Position numbers and translations under genes: made by a program. Below the pieces are notes generated by a model. It did no database searches. It had not been told where the DNA came from and worked only from the letters and a program-made list of their open reading frames with translations. This document shows, piece after piece, positions 37,361 through 47,246 of a DNA stretch of 64,000 nt. The DNA comes from Oscillospiraceae bacterium (GTDB taxonomy: Bacteria; Bacillota; Clostridia; Oscillospirales; JAGBHD01): the NCBI GenBank assembly GCA_018110785.1, contig JAGBHD010000026.1:2054-66053 (forward strand), written 5' to 3'. Numbering within the stretch: the first letter of the stretch is position 1; each line of letters starts with the position of its first letter.

Positions 37361-39144
37361 TGGCAGATACAATGAAGGGTTTAAGCCGTACCCATTATTG
37401 CGGCGAAATAACAAACGCTCTTTTAGGCAAAGAGGAAACCGTTTGCGGTTGGATTGCTAAACAGCGTGACCTCGGAACGCTTATTTTTGCAGACCTCAGA
37501 GACAGAAGCGGAATAGTTCAGCTTGCTTTCTCCGATGAAACCGACAGAGAGGTTTTCCAAAAAGCGGCTACACTCAGAAGCGAATATGTGGTTTGCGCTA
37601 AAGGTATCGTAAGAGAAAGAGAAAGCAAGAATACAGAGCTTGCTAACGGTGATGTTGAACTTTTCGTAAACGAGCTTCGACTTTTAAACAAGGCAGAAAC
37701 TCCTCCCTTTGAGATTGTTGATAATACCAATGTTAAAGAGGAGCTTCGCCTTAAATACCGTTACCTTGATTTGCGCCGAAGCGAAATGCAGCGCAATCTT
37801 ATGATGCGACATAAAATCGTAAAAGCGGCAAGAGAATATTACGATAGCCAGAACTTTATGGAGATAGAAACCCCCGTTTTGGTTAAATCTACCCCCGAGG
37901 GCGCAAGAGATTATCTCGTTCCCTCCCGCGTTCAGAACGGTAAATTCTATGCGCTTCCTCAAAGCCCCCAGCTTTATAAGCAACTTTTAATGCTTTCGGG
38001 CTGCGATAGATATATGCAAATAGCAAAATGCTTCCGCGACGAGGACCTTCGAGCTGACCGTCAGCCCGAGTTTTCTCAGATAGACCTTGAGATGAGCTTT
38101 GTCGATGAAAACGATGTTATGTCGATAAACGAGGGCTTCATAAAATATGTATTTAAAAACGTTCTCGATATTGATATAACCCTCCCGCTTCCCAGAATGC
38201 CTTACGACGAGGCTATGCGCCGCTATGGCTCTGATAAACCCGATATTCGTTTTGAAATGGAGCTTGTTGACCTTTCGGAAATCGTAAAAGACAGCGGCTT
38301 TGGTGTTTTCGATGGTGCGCTGTCAGCAGGCGGCAAGGTTATGGCAATAAACGCTAAGGGCGCGGCAGAAAGCCTTTCCCGCAAGGAAATAGACAAGCTT
38401 ACCGACTTTGTTAAAACCTATAAAGCAAAAGGCCTTGCCTTTTCTAAATACGGAAAAGACGCTATCAGCTCCTCTTTCGAGAAATTTTTGTCGGAAAAAA
38501 CTATAAACGCTATCCATACTGCCGCTGATTTTAAAGAGGGAGACGTTCTCTTTGTAGTAGCCGACGGCAAGGCGGATATTACAATGAACGCCCTCGGAAA
38601 TCTGCGTTGCGAGTTAGCTCGACGCTTAAATCTCATCAAGAGCGGCGATTATAAGCTTTTATGGGTAACCGATTTCCCGCTTTTCGAGTATGACGAGGAA
38701 GAGGATAGATTCGTTGCGAAGCACCATCCTTTTACAATGCCTAAGGAAGAGTCTATCGAGCTTTTGGAAACAGATCCCGGAAAGGCATATGCCAAGGCAT
38801 ACGATATTATCTTAAACGGTTGCGAACTCGGCGGCGGCTCCTGCCGAATTAATGATCCCGAAATTCAAAGCAAAATGTTTAAAGCAATCGGCTTTACCCC
38901 CGATGAAGCTTATGCGCGCTTCGGCTTCCTTATGGACGCATTTAAATTCGGCGCTCCTCCCCATGCAGGTATGGCTTTCGGGCTTGACCGTCTTGTTATG
39001 CTCCTTTTGGAAAAGGAATCTATCCGCGAGGTTATCGCATTCCCGAAGGTTCAGAACGCAAGCGAGCTTATGACAATGTGTCCCGCTGAGGTCGATGAAA
39101 AACAGCTTAAAGAATTAGGTATTGAGATAGAGGAGAATAAATAA
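37360..39144 (+). CDS. aspS: Aspartate--tRNA ligase
   Basis: 594 aa. Motifs CFRDEDLRADRQPEF and GLDRLVMLL. Its ATG overlaps the hisS stop. Confidence 0.93.
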   Translation: MADTMKGLSRTHYCGEITNALLGKEETVCGWIAKQRDLGTLIFADLRDRSGIVQLAFSDETDREVFQKAATLRSEYVVCAKGIVRERESKNTELANGDVELFVNELRLLNKAETPPFEIVDNTNVKEELRLKYRYLDLRRSEMQRNLMMRHKIVKAAREYYDSQNFMEIETPVLVKSTPEGARDYLVPSRVQNGKFYALPQSPQLYKQLLMLSGCDRYMQIAKCFRDEDLRADRQPEFSQIDLEMSFVDENDVMSINEGFIKYVFKNVLDIDITLPLPRMPYDEAMRRYGSDKPDIRFEMELVDLSEIVKDSGFGVFDGALSAGGKVMAINAKGAAESLSRKEIDKLTDFVKTYKAKGLAFSKYGKDAISSSFEKFLSEKTINAIHTAADFKEGDVLFVVADGKADITMNALGNLRCELARRLNLIKSGDYKLLWVTDFPLFEYDEEEDRFVAKHHPFTMPKEESIELLETDPGKAYAKAYDIILNGCELGGGSCRINDPEIQSKMFKAIGFTPDEAYARFGFLMDAFKFGAPPHAGMAFGLDRLVMLLLEKESIREVIAFPKVQNASELMTMCPAEVDEKQLKELGIEIEENK

Positions 39145-39791
39145 TGGAGCTTAAAGGGAAAAAGATTTGCTTTTTAGGCGACTCTATAACAGAAGGCTGC
39201 GGTACCTCAAAGATAGAAAACTGCTATTGGATGAAGTTAGGTGAACTTTCGGGCGCTAACGTTTTAGGCTTCGGTGTCGGCGGCACAAGAATTGCTCCTA
39301 AAAAGGTGCATACATGCGACTATGACGATAAGGATTTTCAGCTCCGCTCCAAGGATATCTCCAATGATGCTGACATAATAGTAATCTTCGGCGGAACTAA
39401 CGATTTCGGCCATGGCGACGCGCCTTTCGGAAGAGTAGGGGATAAATCGACTGATACCTTCTGCGGCTCCTTCTATGTTTTGTTAAATAATCTTATCGAG
39501 GCTCACCCCCAAGCCCGAATAGTTGTTATGACTTCGCTTCACCGTTTAAGCGAGGATGTTGTAGTTAATGAAATCGGCCTGCCTACTCCGCCTCTCAAAG
39601 AATATGTAAAGGCGGAAAAGGAGATTGCTTCTTACTTCTCAGTTCCCGTTTTAGACCTTTGGTCTATGAGCGGAATGCAACCGAAAATCCCGATTATTAA
39701 GGAAACATATATGCCCGACGGACTTCACCCTAACGACTTAGGACACGCTCGAATTGCCGAGCTTCTTATAGGCTTTTTAAAAACTCTTTAA
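39144..39791 (+). CDS. SGNH/GDSL hydrolase
   Basis: 215 aa. Block I FLGDSITEG and block V DGLHPN. Confidence 0.8.
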   Translation: MELKGKKICFLGDSITEGCGTSKIENCYWMKLGELSGANVLGFGVGGTRIAPKKVHTCDYDDKDFQLRSKDISNDADIIVIFGGTNDFGHGDAPFGRVGDKSTDTFCGSFYVLLNNLIEAHPQARIVVMTSLHRLSEDVVVNEIGLPTPPLKEYVKAEKEIASYFSVPVLDLWSMSGMQPKIPIIKETYMPDGLHPNDLGHARIAELLIGFLKTL

Positions 39792-39805
39792 AGGGATGAG
39801 CTGTT

Positions 39806-40783
39806 TTGAAGTTTAAAAGCTTCCTATCTTTTTTTCTTGCGCTTATAATCTCTTTTTCTCTCTGCTCCTGTGAAGCAGAGGTAGAAGAGGACACCTCTCT
39901 AATAACGCCCTTGCTTTATGAGGTAACCGACTCAGAGAACGGCAAGGTGTGGCTTTTCGGCTCGGTACATGTAGGCGAAGAAAGCTTTTATCCTCTGCCG
40001 AGATATGTTCTTAACGCTTTTAAAAAAGCTGACGTTTTGGCAGTAGAGCTTGATATTATAAACTTTAAAAACAACGATTATTTCCAAAGCTTAGCTTTTT
40101 CTAAGCTCTCTTATAAAGACGGTTCAACTATAAAAGACCATATTCCGCCCTTTCTTTATGATGATGCTTTAGAAATTTTAAAGGAGCATAACCTATATAA
40201 TCAATCCCTTGATTATTATTATCCCGCTCTTTGGGCTGATTATATAGATAGCGCTCGCTATTTAAAGCTCGGAATAAATAAAGAATTAGGAATAGACCGA
40301 TATTTTATAAATAATAAAGGAAAGAAACAGCTCTCCGAAATCGAATCAGCAAAAGAGCAATATACAATGCTTGCCGGTTTTTCCGAAACTGTACAGAGCT
40401 CTTTGCTCTATTCTGCTGTAAACGATTATAATGAGCCGATAGAGGAAAGCTCATTAAAAGAGCTTATGGCTCTTTGGGCGGCAGGCGATGAAGCCGCTTT
40501 AACCGAAAAGCTTCGCAAACCCGAAAAGTTTTCAAGCGAAGAGCAAAAAAACCTCTATAACGAATATTATAAGGCGGCGGTAACAGACAGAAATCTTAAA
40601 ATGACAGATTATGCAGAAGAGGTGCTTTTATCCGGAAAAGAAACCTTTATCTGCGTCGGTGCCGCCCATATAATCGGGGAGGGCTCTATTGTAGAGCAGC
40701 TAAAAGCACGTGGATATACCGTAACAACGATAAAAGGCGCCCCAAAGACCGAAACGTCTTCAAGCCTTCCCGCTTCTAATTAG
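39806..40783 (+). CDS. TraB/GumN family protein (lipoprotein signal)
   Basis: 325 aa. Signal peptide with SLCSC lipobox; LFGSVHVG and GAAHIIGEGS motifs. TTG start. Confidence 0.7.
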   Translation: MKFKSFLSFFLALIISFSLCSCEAEVEEDTSLITPLLYEVTDSENGKVWLFGSVHVGEESFYPLPRYVLNAFKKADVLAVELDIINFKNNDYFQSLAFSKLSYKDGSTIKDHIPPFLYDDALEILKEHNLYNQSLDYYYPALWADYIDSARYLKLGINKELGIDRYFINNKGKKQLSEIESAKEQYTMLAGFSETVQSSLLYSAVNDYNEPIEESSLKELMALWAAGDEAALTEKLRKPEKFSSEEQKNLYNEYYKAAVTDRNLKMTDYAEEVLLSGKETFICVGAAHIIGEGSIVEQLKARGYTVTTIKGAPKTETSSSLPASN

Positions 40784-40787
40784 AAAA

Positions 40788-40823
40788 ATTAACAGCCGAA
40801 GAGATTTCTCTTCGGCTGTTATT
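40788..40823. terminator. Bidirectional terminator (TraB-like / rsmA)
   Basis: AACAGCCGAAGAG-attt-CTCTTCGGCTGTT. Confidence 0.85.
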
Positions 40824-41700
40824 ATTTAACTAAACCCTCTAATAAATCGCTTATCTTTGCAAACCTTTCTATTGTAAGCTCCTCGGCGCGGGCAGTAGGG
40901 GAAACACCTGCCTCAGCGAGTATTTCAGTAAGGCTTTCTTTAGAAATCGAAAACTCCTTGGAAAAACAGTTTAAAAGGGTTTTTCTTCTCATAGAAAATG
41001 CCGCTTTAATAGTTTTAAAAAACATCTCTTCGCTTTTTAAAGAAACGGGGGGCTGTTTATTTATATTAAGCTTTATAACCTCGGAATCAACATTCGGCGC
41101 GGGCATAAAGCTTCCTCTCGATACAGAAAATCCCTTTTCGGGAGTAGCGTAATATCTTATTGCTACGCTTATTGCCCCGCAGGCTCTCGTTCCCGGCAGA
41201 GCCGAAATTCGCTGAGCCGCCTCCTTTTGCACCATAACCGTTATGCTTTTTATAGGAAGATGCTGCTCTAATAGTCCCATTATAACGGGCGAGGTTATAT
41301 AATAGGGGAGATTTGCACAAACCAAAACGTCCATTCCCTCAAAATGCTCTTTAAACAAAGCCTTTAAATCGAGCTTTAAAATATCCCCCGATACAACCGT
41401 TATGTTATCATAATCGGCTAAGGTCTTTTCCAAAAGGGCAGGTAAGCGCGGATCAATCTCAACCGCAACAACCTTTTTAGCTACCTTGCAAAGCTCTTTT
41501 GTTAAAACACCTATTCCGGGACCTATCTCTAAAACACCCGTGTTTTTATCTGCGCCCGATAAAGCCGCCATTTTAGGACAAACGCTTGGATTTATAAGAA
41601 AATTCTGCCCTAAGGATTTTTTAAACTCAAACCCGTGTTCTTCAAGCAGATTTGTTATTGTTTTAATGTTTGTAAGCTCCATAAAAATTCCTTTCGACAT
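40822..41700 (-). CDS. rsmA: 16S rRNA (adenine1518/1519-N6)-dimethyltransferase
   Basis: 292 aa. LGQNFL and VLEIGPGIG SAM motifs. Confidence 0.9.
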   Translation of the reverse strand: MSKGIFMELTNIKTITNLLEEHGFEFKKSLGQNFLINPSVCPKMAALSGADKNTGVLEIGPGIGVLTKELCKVAKKVVAVEIDPRLPALLEKTLADYDNITVVSGDILKLDLKALFKEHFEGMDVLVCANLPYYITSPVIMGLLEQHLPIKSITVMVQKEAAQRISALPGTRACGAISVAIRYYATPEKGFSVSRGSFMPAPNVDSEVIKLNINKQPPVSLKSEEMFFKTIKAAFSMRRKTLLNCFSKEFSISKESLTEILAEAGVSPTARAEELTIERFAKISDLLEGLVK

Positions 41701-41814
41701 AATTTCTCTCTAATTATACCATAAAACTCAAAAAGAAACAAAAAATATTGCTTTTTTATTAAAAAAGTTATATCATAGAATAAAAGTACATATTAAATAT
41801 GGAAGGTGAATCAA

Positions 41815-42306
41815 ATGGAACGTCGCGATAGAATAAATTATTATCTTGATATAGCAGAAACCGTGCTTAGCCGCGGAACCTGTCTGAGAAGAAATTTCGG
41901 CTCTATTATCGTTAAAAACGATCAGATTATTTCAACAGGCTATGTAGGCGCGCCGAGAGGCAGAAAAAACTGTTCTGACTTGGGCTTTTGTATGCGCGAA
42001 AAATTAAATGTGCCGAGAGGCGAAAGATACGAGCTTTGCCGCAGCGTTCATTCTGAAGCAAATGCCATAATCCATGCACCGAGAGCAGAAATGATAGGTG
42101 CAACCCTCTATCTTGTAGGAAGAGAGGTTGCAACAGGGGAGTATGTTGAAAATACAACCTGCTGCGCTATGTGCAAAAGAATGGTAATAAACGCTGGCAT
42201 TAAAAATGTTATCGTTCGCGATAATAAAGATAAATTCCGCATTATAGATGTCGAAAAGGAATGGATTGAAAACGATGACTCCTTAATGGGAACATTCGGC
42301 TATTAG
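41815..42306 (+). CDS. comEB: dCMP deaminase (ComEB-type)
   Basis: HSEANAI and CCAMCKRMV zinc motifs. I prefer ATG 41815 (GGAAGGTGA RBS) to the GTG at 41806. Confidence 0.85.
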   Translation: MERRDRINYYLDIAETVLSRGTCLRRNFGSIIVKNDQIISTGYVGAPRGRKNCSDLGFCMREKLNVPRGERYELCRSVHSEANAIIHAPRAEMIGATLYLVGREVATGEYVENTTCCAMCKRMVINAGIKNVIVRDNKDKFRIIDVEKEWIENDDSLMGTFGY

Positions 42307-42309
42307 AAA

Positions 42310-42345
42310 CTAAAAGGCGCTCTTTATGAGCGCCTTTAATTTTTA
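42310..42345. terminator. Bidirectional terminator (comEB / dipeptidase)
   Basis: AAAGGCGCTC-tttat-GAGCGCCTTT. Confidence 0.85.
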
Positions 42346-43770
42346 TAATATTTTATCCGCTTCAACAACCATCATAAAGATTATCTTTATTGCCTCTAAA
42401 AAGCTGTCGATGAAAAGACACTCATCGCATTGATGGCATTCTCCGTGTCCCTCGGGCATATCAACAGGGGCTACCATATAAGGAACGGTCGTTCCAACGC
42501 TGTATGCGTTACTTAAATATCTCGCATATGTGCCGCCCGAGCTTCGCTGATTTTGGGTTCCCTCTTCTCCCGATATTTCTTCATAAATGCTTTTAAATTT
42601 AAGGGCTATCGGATTGTCGTTAGCGGTATTATATCCCGCCTCATTTTTTATATCTTCGGCTTTAAAGGAAAGGGAAGACAAGGTTTTTTCAATTTTTCCT
42701 ATAAGCTCCTCTCCCGAAGCTACAGAGCCGTATCTCATATCAAAGCTTATATAAAGCTTTGCATTTTCGGTTTTAATCATTCCGTTTGCAATAGTTAATG
42801 GCCCGAAATCGGGGTCAACTATGTCAATTCCGTAAATCTCGCCGTAGGGTGTTTTTAAAAGGTCGCGAGCCGCGGTAAAAATTTCTCTGTCGCTCTCATT
42901 TATCGTTTTTAAAGAGGAAATAGCCTCAGATAAAATATATGCCGCATTTAAAGAGCCCTCGGGGTGAGCCGCGTGCTTCGCGATACCTAAAGCCGTTAAA
43001 ACAAGCTCTCCGTTTTCGAGCGATAGCTCAAGCCGCTTATTTTTAGAAACGATTTTTTCAAGCTCTTCGAAAGCATCTTCCGAATATCTTATCTTGGCGG
43101 TTGCTTTATCTAAAACAACATTGAATGCGCTGCCGCCGACAACCGAAATTATATCCGATAAGGTTTTTTCGCTTTTAGCCCAGAAATGGCATATTCCTTT
43201 TTCACCGACACAAACGGGGAAGCAGTTATCGGGAACAATCGAAAGGTCTGGCATTTTTTCATTTTCTTTAAATGCCATAATATCTGCCATTCCCGTTTCC
43301 TCGCTGCTGCCTAAGAAAACATTAAGATTGTTTTTAAGCTCTAAGCCCAAACCCTTTATCATCTTTCCGATATAAAGAGATGCTATAACACCCGATTTAT
43401 TGTCCTCTACACCTCTGCCGATTAGTGTTCCGTTTATCTCTATCGGCTCAAAAGGCTCGGTATAAACCCAGCCGTCAGACACGGGGACAACGTCTGTGTG
43501 TCCGTAAAGACAAATTGTTTTTTCGCCGCCTTTTTTCAAAGAGGCAAGTCCGTATTTCCCGCCGCATTTGTCTTCTGCTTCAAATCCGTTTTCTTTGTAT
43601 AAAGCTATAGCCTCATCTAAAGCCTCGCGGCATTTTCTTCCGAAAGGCGCGCCCTCTTCAGCTTCGCTTTCAATAGAGGGAATTTTAACTAATCTTATAA
43701 GATCAGCCTTTATCTGTTCTCTTTGCTCTTCGAGATATTCTTCTGCCTTTTTTAAAAGTTCTTTATCCAT
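42343..43770 (-). CDS. M20-family dipeptidase (PepV-like)
   Basis: 475 aa. GHTDVVP metal-ligand motif and RGVEDNKSG. Confidence 0.8.
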   Translation of the reverse strand: MDKELLKKAEEYLEEQREQIKADLIRLVKIPSIESEAEEGAPFGRKCREALDEAIALYKENGFEAEDKCGGKYGLASLKKGGEKTICLYGHTDVVPVSDGWVYTEPFEPIEINGTLIGRGVEDNKSGVIASLYIGKMIKGLGLELKNNLNVFLGSSEETGMADIMAFKENEKMPDLSIVPDNCFPVCVGEKGICHFWAKSEKTLSDIISVVGGSAFNVVLDKATAKIRYSEDAFEELEKIVSKNKRLELSLENGELVLTALGIAKHAAHPEGSLNAAYILSEAISSLKTINESDREIFTAARDLLKTPYGEIYGIDIVDPDFGPLTIANGMIKTENAKLYISFDMRYGSVASGEELIGKIEKTLSSLSFKAEDIKNEAGYNTANDNPIALKFKSIYEEISGEEGTQNQRSSGGTYARYLSNAYSVGTTVPYMVAPVDMPEGHGECHQCDECLFIDSFLEAIKIIFMMVVEADKIL

Positions 43771-44460
43771 TTACAAGGTTTCCCCCAATTCAATAATTTT
43801 GTTATAAAGAGCAGTGTGTCTGTCGTCAACCTCTTTATCTGCGTGAACATGGCCGAAATACCATTTCTTATAGCTAACAAGCCTGTCCACCTCTGAAAGG
43901 TATTGGTTAAGCTTGGTTTCCCCGAAAGGCAAGAAAAACTGCGATATAACAGAAAGAGGCGCCGTATGGGTTAAAATATAATCCACCATATATCCGTTTT
44001 CTTTTAAATTTTTCATTCCCTCTTCATATTCCTTATCCGTCGGCATCTCCTCTTTCCACCAAGAAATATGAGGAATTCTCCGTTCGCGGTCTCTCGAAAA
44101 ACCGCCGCCAAAGGTAAAGAAAACAGTTCCCGCGATGTTGTAAACCTGTCCGCGCATTAAATGGATTATATTATCGCGCACTTTGTGCACCTTTCCTCCG
44201 CAGAAAAGCTCTACCTCCATAGCGTTCAGAATATCAAAATTTTCGTGGTTTCCGTCGATAAAAAGGGTTGTATATCGGCGCGAGGAAAGAAAGTCGAGCC
44301 ATTTTTTATGCTCAGGACTTTTATTATCCCAAACTCCGCCAAAATCACCGAGTATTATAAGATAATCGTTTTCATCAAGCATACTGCCCTCAGGAAAATT
44401 CTCAGGGAGCAGCTTGCCCGAATCTAACGGTATATGGGTATCTCCGGTTATATAAATCAT
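43771..44460 (-). CDS. Metallophosphoesterase
   Basis: 229 aa. Motifs ITGDTHIP, ILGDFGG, GNHEN and GHVH. Confidence 0.8.
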   Translation of the reverse strand: MIYITGDTHIPLDSGKLLPENFPEGSMLDENDYLIILGDFGGVWDNKSPEHKKWLDFLSSRRYTTLFIDGNHENFDILNAMEVELFCGGKVHKVRDNIIHLMRGQVYNIAGTVFFTFGGGFSRDRERRIPHISWWKEEMPTDKEYEEGMKNLKENGYMVDYILTHTAPLSVISQFFLPFGETKLNQYLSEVDRLVSYKKWYFGHVHADKEVDDRHTALYNKIIELGETL

Positions 44461-44463
44461 TTT

Positions 44464-45237
44464 TTATCTCTTTCCTTGACTTTTAAGCCATATCCACATA
44501 ACTAAAGAATGCGGCAAAATTTTTACAAGTATGCTCTGTAGTGTAGCATATGCCCCGTGTACCGAAACATCTCTTTTTGAATGGTATAAATGCTTTACGG
44601 TAGTTTTCGCAACAGCCGCCGCCTCATAAACTACACCGATTTTCTTAATTTCCTTTCCGCCGTCGTTTTCTGCGCGGTTAAAAAATTCAGTCTTAACCCA
44701 AAAAGGACAAGCCGCCATAACCCGAATTCCTCGAGGGGCTAATTCTCTTGAAAGCCCCCTTGTAAAGCTTAAAACATAGGCCTTCGTAGCGGCATAAACA
44801 TTTATATAGGGAACGGGGTGGAAAGCGGAAATCGAATCAAACTCCAAGATTTTGCCGCCCTTTTTTATATAAGGCAGAGTCATCTTAGTTACAGCCGTTA
44901 ATGCCTTGCAGTTTAAATCTATCATTCCGAGAGAATCGTAAAGAGGAATTTCCTCGGTCGCGCCGAATTTCCCGTATCCGCTTATATTAGCAAGCAATGC
45001 AACATTCGGCTTTTCTTCTTCTAATTTATTCTGCAAAACCGAAAAGCTTTCTTCGAGCGATAAATCAAGCGAAAGGGGAACTATCGGAAGCGCGGTTTCT
45101 TCTCTTAATTCTAAAAGCCTGTCCTCTCTTCGCGCGATTGCCCAAATCTCATCGAAGCTTTCCTCTTTTGCTACCGCCTTTAAAAATTCTCTTCCAATTC
45201 CTGAACTTGCGCCCGTTATAATAGCTATTCTTTTCAA
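44464..45237 (-). CDS. SDR-family oxidoreductase
   Basis: 257 aa. ITGASSGIG and YAATKAY motifs. Confidence 0.85.
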   Translation of the reverse strand: MKRIAIITGASSGIGREFLKAVAKEESFDEIWAIARREDRLLELREETALPIVPLSLDLSLEESFSVLQNKLEEEKPNVALLANISGYGKFGATEEIPLYDSLGMIDLNCKALTAVTKMTLPYIKKGGKILEFDSISAFHPVPYINVYAATKAYVLSFTRGLSRELAPRGIRVMAACPFWVKTEFFNRAENDGGKEIKKIGVVYEAAAVAKTTVKHLYHSKRDVSVHGAYATLQSILVKILPHSLVMWIWLKSQGKR

Positions 45238-45242
45238 AACTA

Positions 45243-45893
45243 TTACCCCTGTTTTTTCTTTCCGAAGGAAAGTTTATTTTCAGTTCCGTTTATAAGCCTT
45301 TTAATGTTTTCTCTATGCTTTATTATAACAAATATAACTATCGCTATTATCAAAACCGTATTTATAACAGGGTGTTTTTCTGAGCCTGTAAAGCCGAAAT
45401 ATGTAGCTGTAATTCCTGCGGTTATAGCCGCCGCAATCGAGGCGAGCGATACTATTCGGGTTATCAAAACCAAACCCGCAAATACCGATATAATTATTAA
45501 GAATATGCGCCAATCTATAACCAAAAGACAAGCCGCGCTGGTTAAAATTCCTTTTCCGCCTTTAAACTTAAAATAAATCGGATAGCTGTGTCCCATTACG
45601 GTAAAAAGCATCGAAAAATACATAGCGGTAAGGGCTATATCGGAAAAGCCTAAAACCGAAAAGACAATCTTTGTTAGGGCGGTTGCAAAAATTCCCTTTA
45701 AAAAGTCCCCTAAAAAGGTTAAAAATGCTTCGTGCTTTCCGTAGGTCCTCAGCACATTTGTAAGACCTGCATTTTTGCTGCCGTGCTTTCTTACATCGTC
45801 CTTATCTAAATCATGGGAAACGATGATGGCAAAGTTCAAGCTGCCTATTAAATAGGAAACAATTGCCGTAATTATAAAGATAACTGCTTTCAT
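45243..45893 (-). CDS. plsY: Glycerol-3-phosphate acyltransferase PlsY
   Basis: 216 aa polytopic protein. HGSKNAGLTNV motif and position after der. Confidence 0.88.
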   Translation of the reverse strand: MKAVIFIITAIVSYLIGSLNFAIIVSHDLDKDDVRKHGSKNAGLTNVLRTYGKHEAFLTFLGDFLKGIFATALTKIVFSVLGFSDIALTAMYFSMLFTVMGHSYPIYFKFKGGKGILTSAACLLVIDWRIFLIIISVFAGLVLITRIVSLASIAAAITAGITATYFGFTGSEKHPVINTVLIIAIVIFVIIKHRENIKRLINGTENKLSFGKKKQG

Positions 45894-45908
45894 AATCTGC
45901 TCCGTTTT

Positions 45909-47237
45909 TTACTTTTTGTTTTCTCTCTCTCTGACAATCAGTTTTATCGGAGTTCCTTCCAATCCAAAGGTCTGCCTTATTTGATTTTCCAGATATCTCT
46001 GATATGAAAAATGGAAAAGCTCCGCTCTGTTTACAAAGCAAACAAATGTCGGCGGACGGGTAGATGCCTGAGTCATATAATAAATTTTAAGGCGCTTACC
46101 CTTGTCCGACGGAGGCTCTACTCTTGCCGTTGCCGCCGCTAAAACATCATTCAGCATACCCGTTGAAATGCGAAGGGCATTCTGCTCGTTAACATATTTT
46201 ATAAGCTCGAATAATCTATCTAAGCGTTGCCCTGTTTTTGCGGAAATAAAAACAAACGGAACATACGACATAAAAGAGAAATCCTTTTCCAATTTATCTC
46301 TCATTTCCTTCATCGTTTTATCTGTTTTGTTTTCAACCGCATCCCATTTATTAACGGCAACTATACAAGCCTTTCCTTTTTCATGGGCATATCCCGCAAC
46401 CTTGGAATCCTGCTCGGTAAAGCCCTCTGTTGCATCAATAACAATAACCGCAACATCAGCTCTGTCAACCGCCATATATGAGCGAAGAACGCTGAATTTT
46501 TCGAGCGCATCGTTGACCTTGCTTTTTCTTCTTATTCCTGCCGTATCAATAAGGGTAAAGGAACCTGCGGGTATATCAACATTAGTATCGGTAGCATCGC
46601 GTGTGGTTCCCGCAATATCCGAAACAATAACCCTCTCTTCGCCCGCAATTTTATTAACAAGCGAGGATTTTCCAACATTCGGCTTGCCTATAAAGGCAAC
46701 CTTTATTCTGTCGGACTCCTCTTTATCATCTTCTTCGGGGGGAAAATATTCCATTGCCGCATCTAAAAGGTCGCCCGTTCCGTGTCCGTGTACCGAGGAA
46801 ACGGCAAAAACCTCAGGAAGACCTAAGTTGTAAAACTCATAAAACTCAGGGGGCAAATTTCCTATCGAATCGCATTTATTAACGCAAACTATTATCGGCT
46901 TGCCGCTCTTTCTGAGCATTGCCGCAATATCCGCATCGGTAGATGTAACGCCCGTTGTAACATCGGTTACTAAGATTATAACATCTGCCTTTTCTATAGC
47001 AAGTTCAGCCTGCAGGCGCATCTGCGAAAGAATAGTGTCGTCAGTCTTGGTTTCAATACCGCCCGTATCAACAAGCATAAACTCTCTGGAACACCATTCG
47101 CCCTCGGCATAAATTCTATCCCTTGTAACACCTGGGGTATCCTCTATTATAGAAATGCGCTTTCCTATGATTTTGTTGAAGAGTGTCGATTTTCCAACAT
47201 TCGGTCTCCCTACAACAGCAATAATGGGTAATGACAT
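45909..47237 (-). CDS. der: Ribosome-associated GTPase Der (EngA)
   Basis: 442 aa. Two G domains (GRPNVGKST, GKPNVGKSS) and a KH-like C-terminus. Confidence 0.93.
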   Translation of the reverse strand: MSLPIIAVVGRPNVGKSTLFNKIIGKRISIIEDTPGVTRDRIYAEGEWCSREFMLVDTGGIETKTDDTILSQMRLQAELAIEKADVIILVTDVTTGVTSTDADIAAMLRKSGKPIIVCVNKCDSIGNLPPEFYEFYNLGLPEVFAVSSVHGHGTGDLLDAAMEYFPPEEDDKEESDRIKVAFIGKPNVGKSSLVNKIAGEERVIVSDIAGTTRDATDTNVDIPAGSFTLIDTAGIRRKSKVNDALEKFSVLRSYMAVDRADVAVIVIDATEGFTEQDSKVAGYAHEKGKACIVAVNKWDAVENKTDKTMKEMRDKLEKDFSFMSYVPFVFISAKTGQRLDRLFELIKYVNEQNALRISTGMLNDVLAAATARVEPPSDKGKRLKIYYMTQASTRPPTFVCFVNRAELFHFSYQRYLENQIRQTFGLEGTPIKLIVRERENKK

Positions 47238-47246
47238 ATCTTTCTC

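Noticed and set aside
46102-46833. 243-aa plus-strand ORF
   Set aside because: It is entirely antisense to der. Its Ser/Thr/Ala-rich composition is typical of a shadow ORF, and it has no RBS or promoter.
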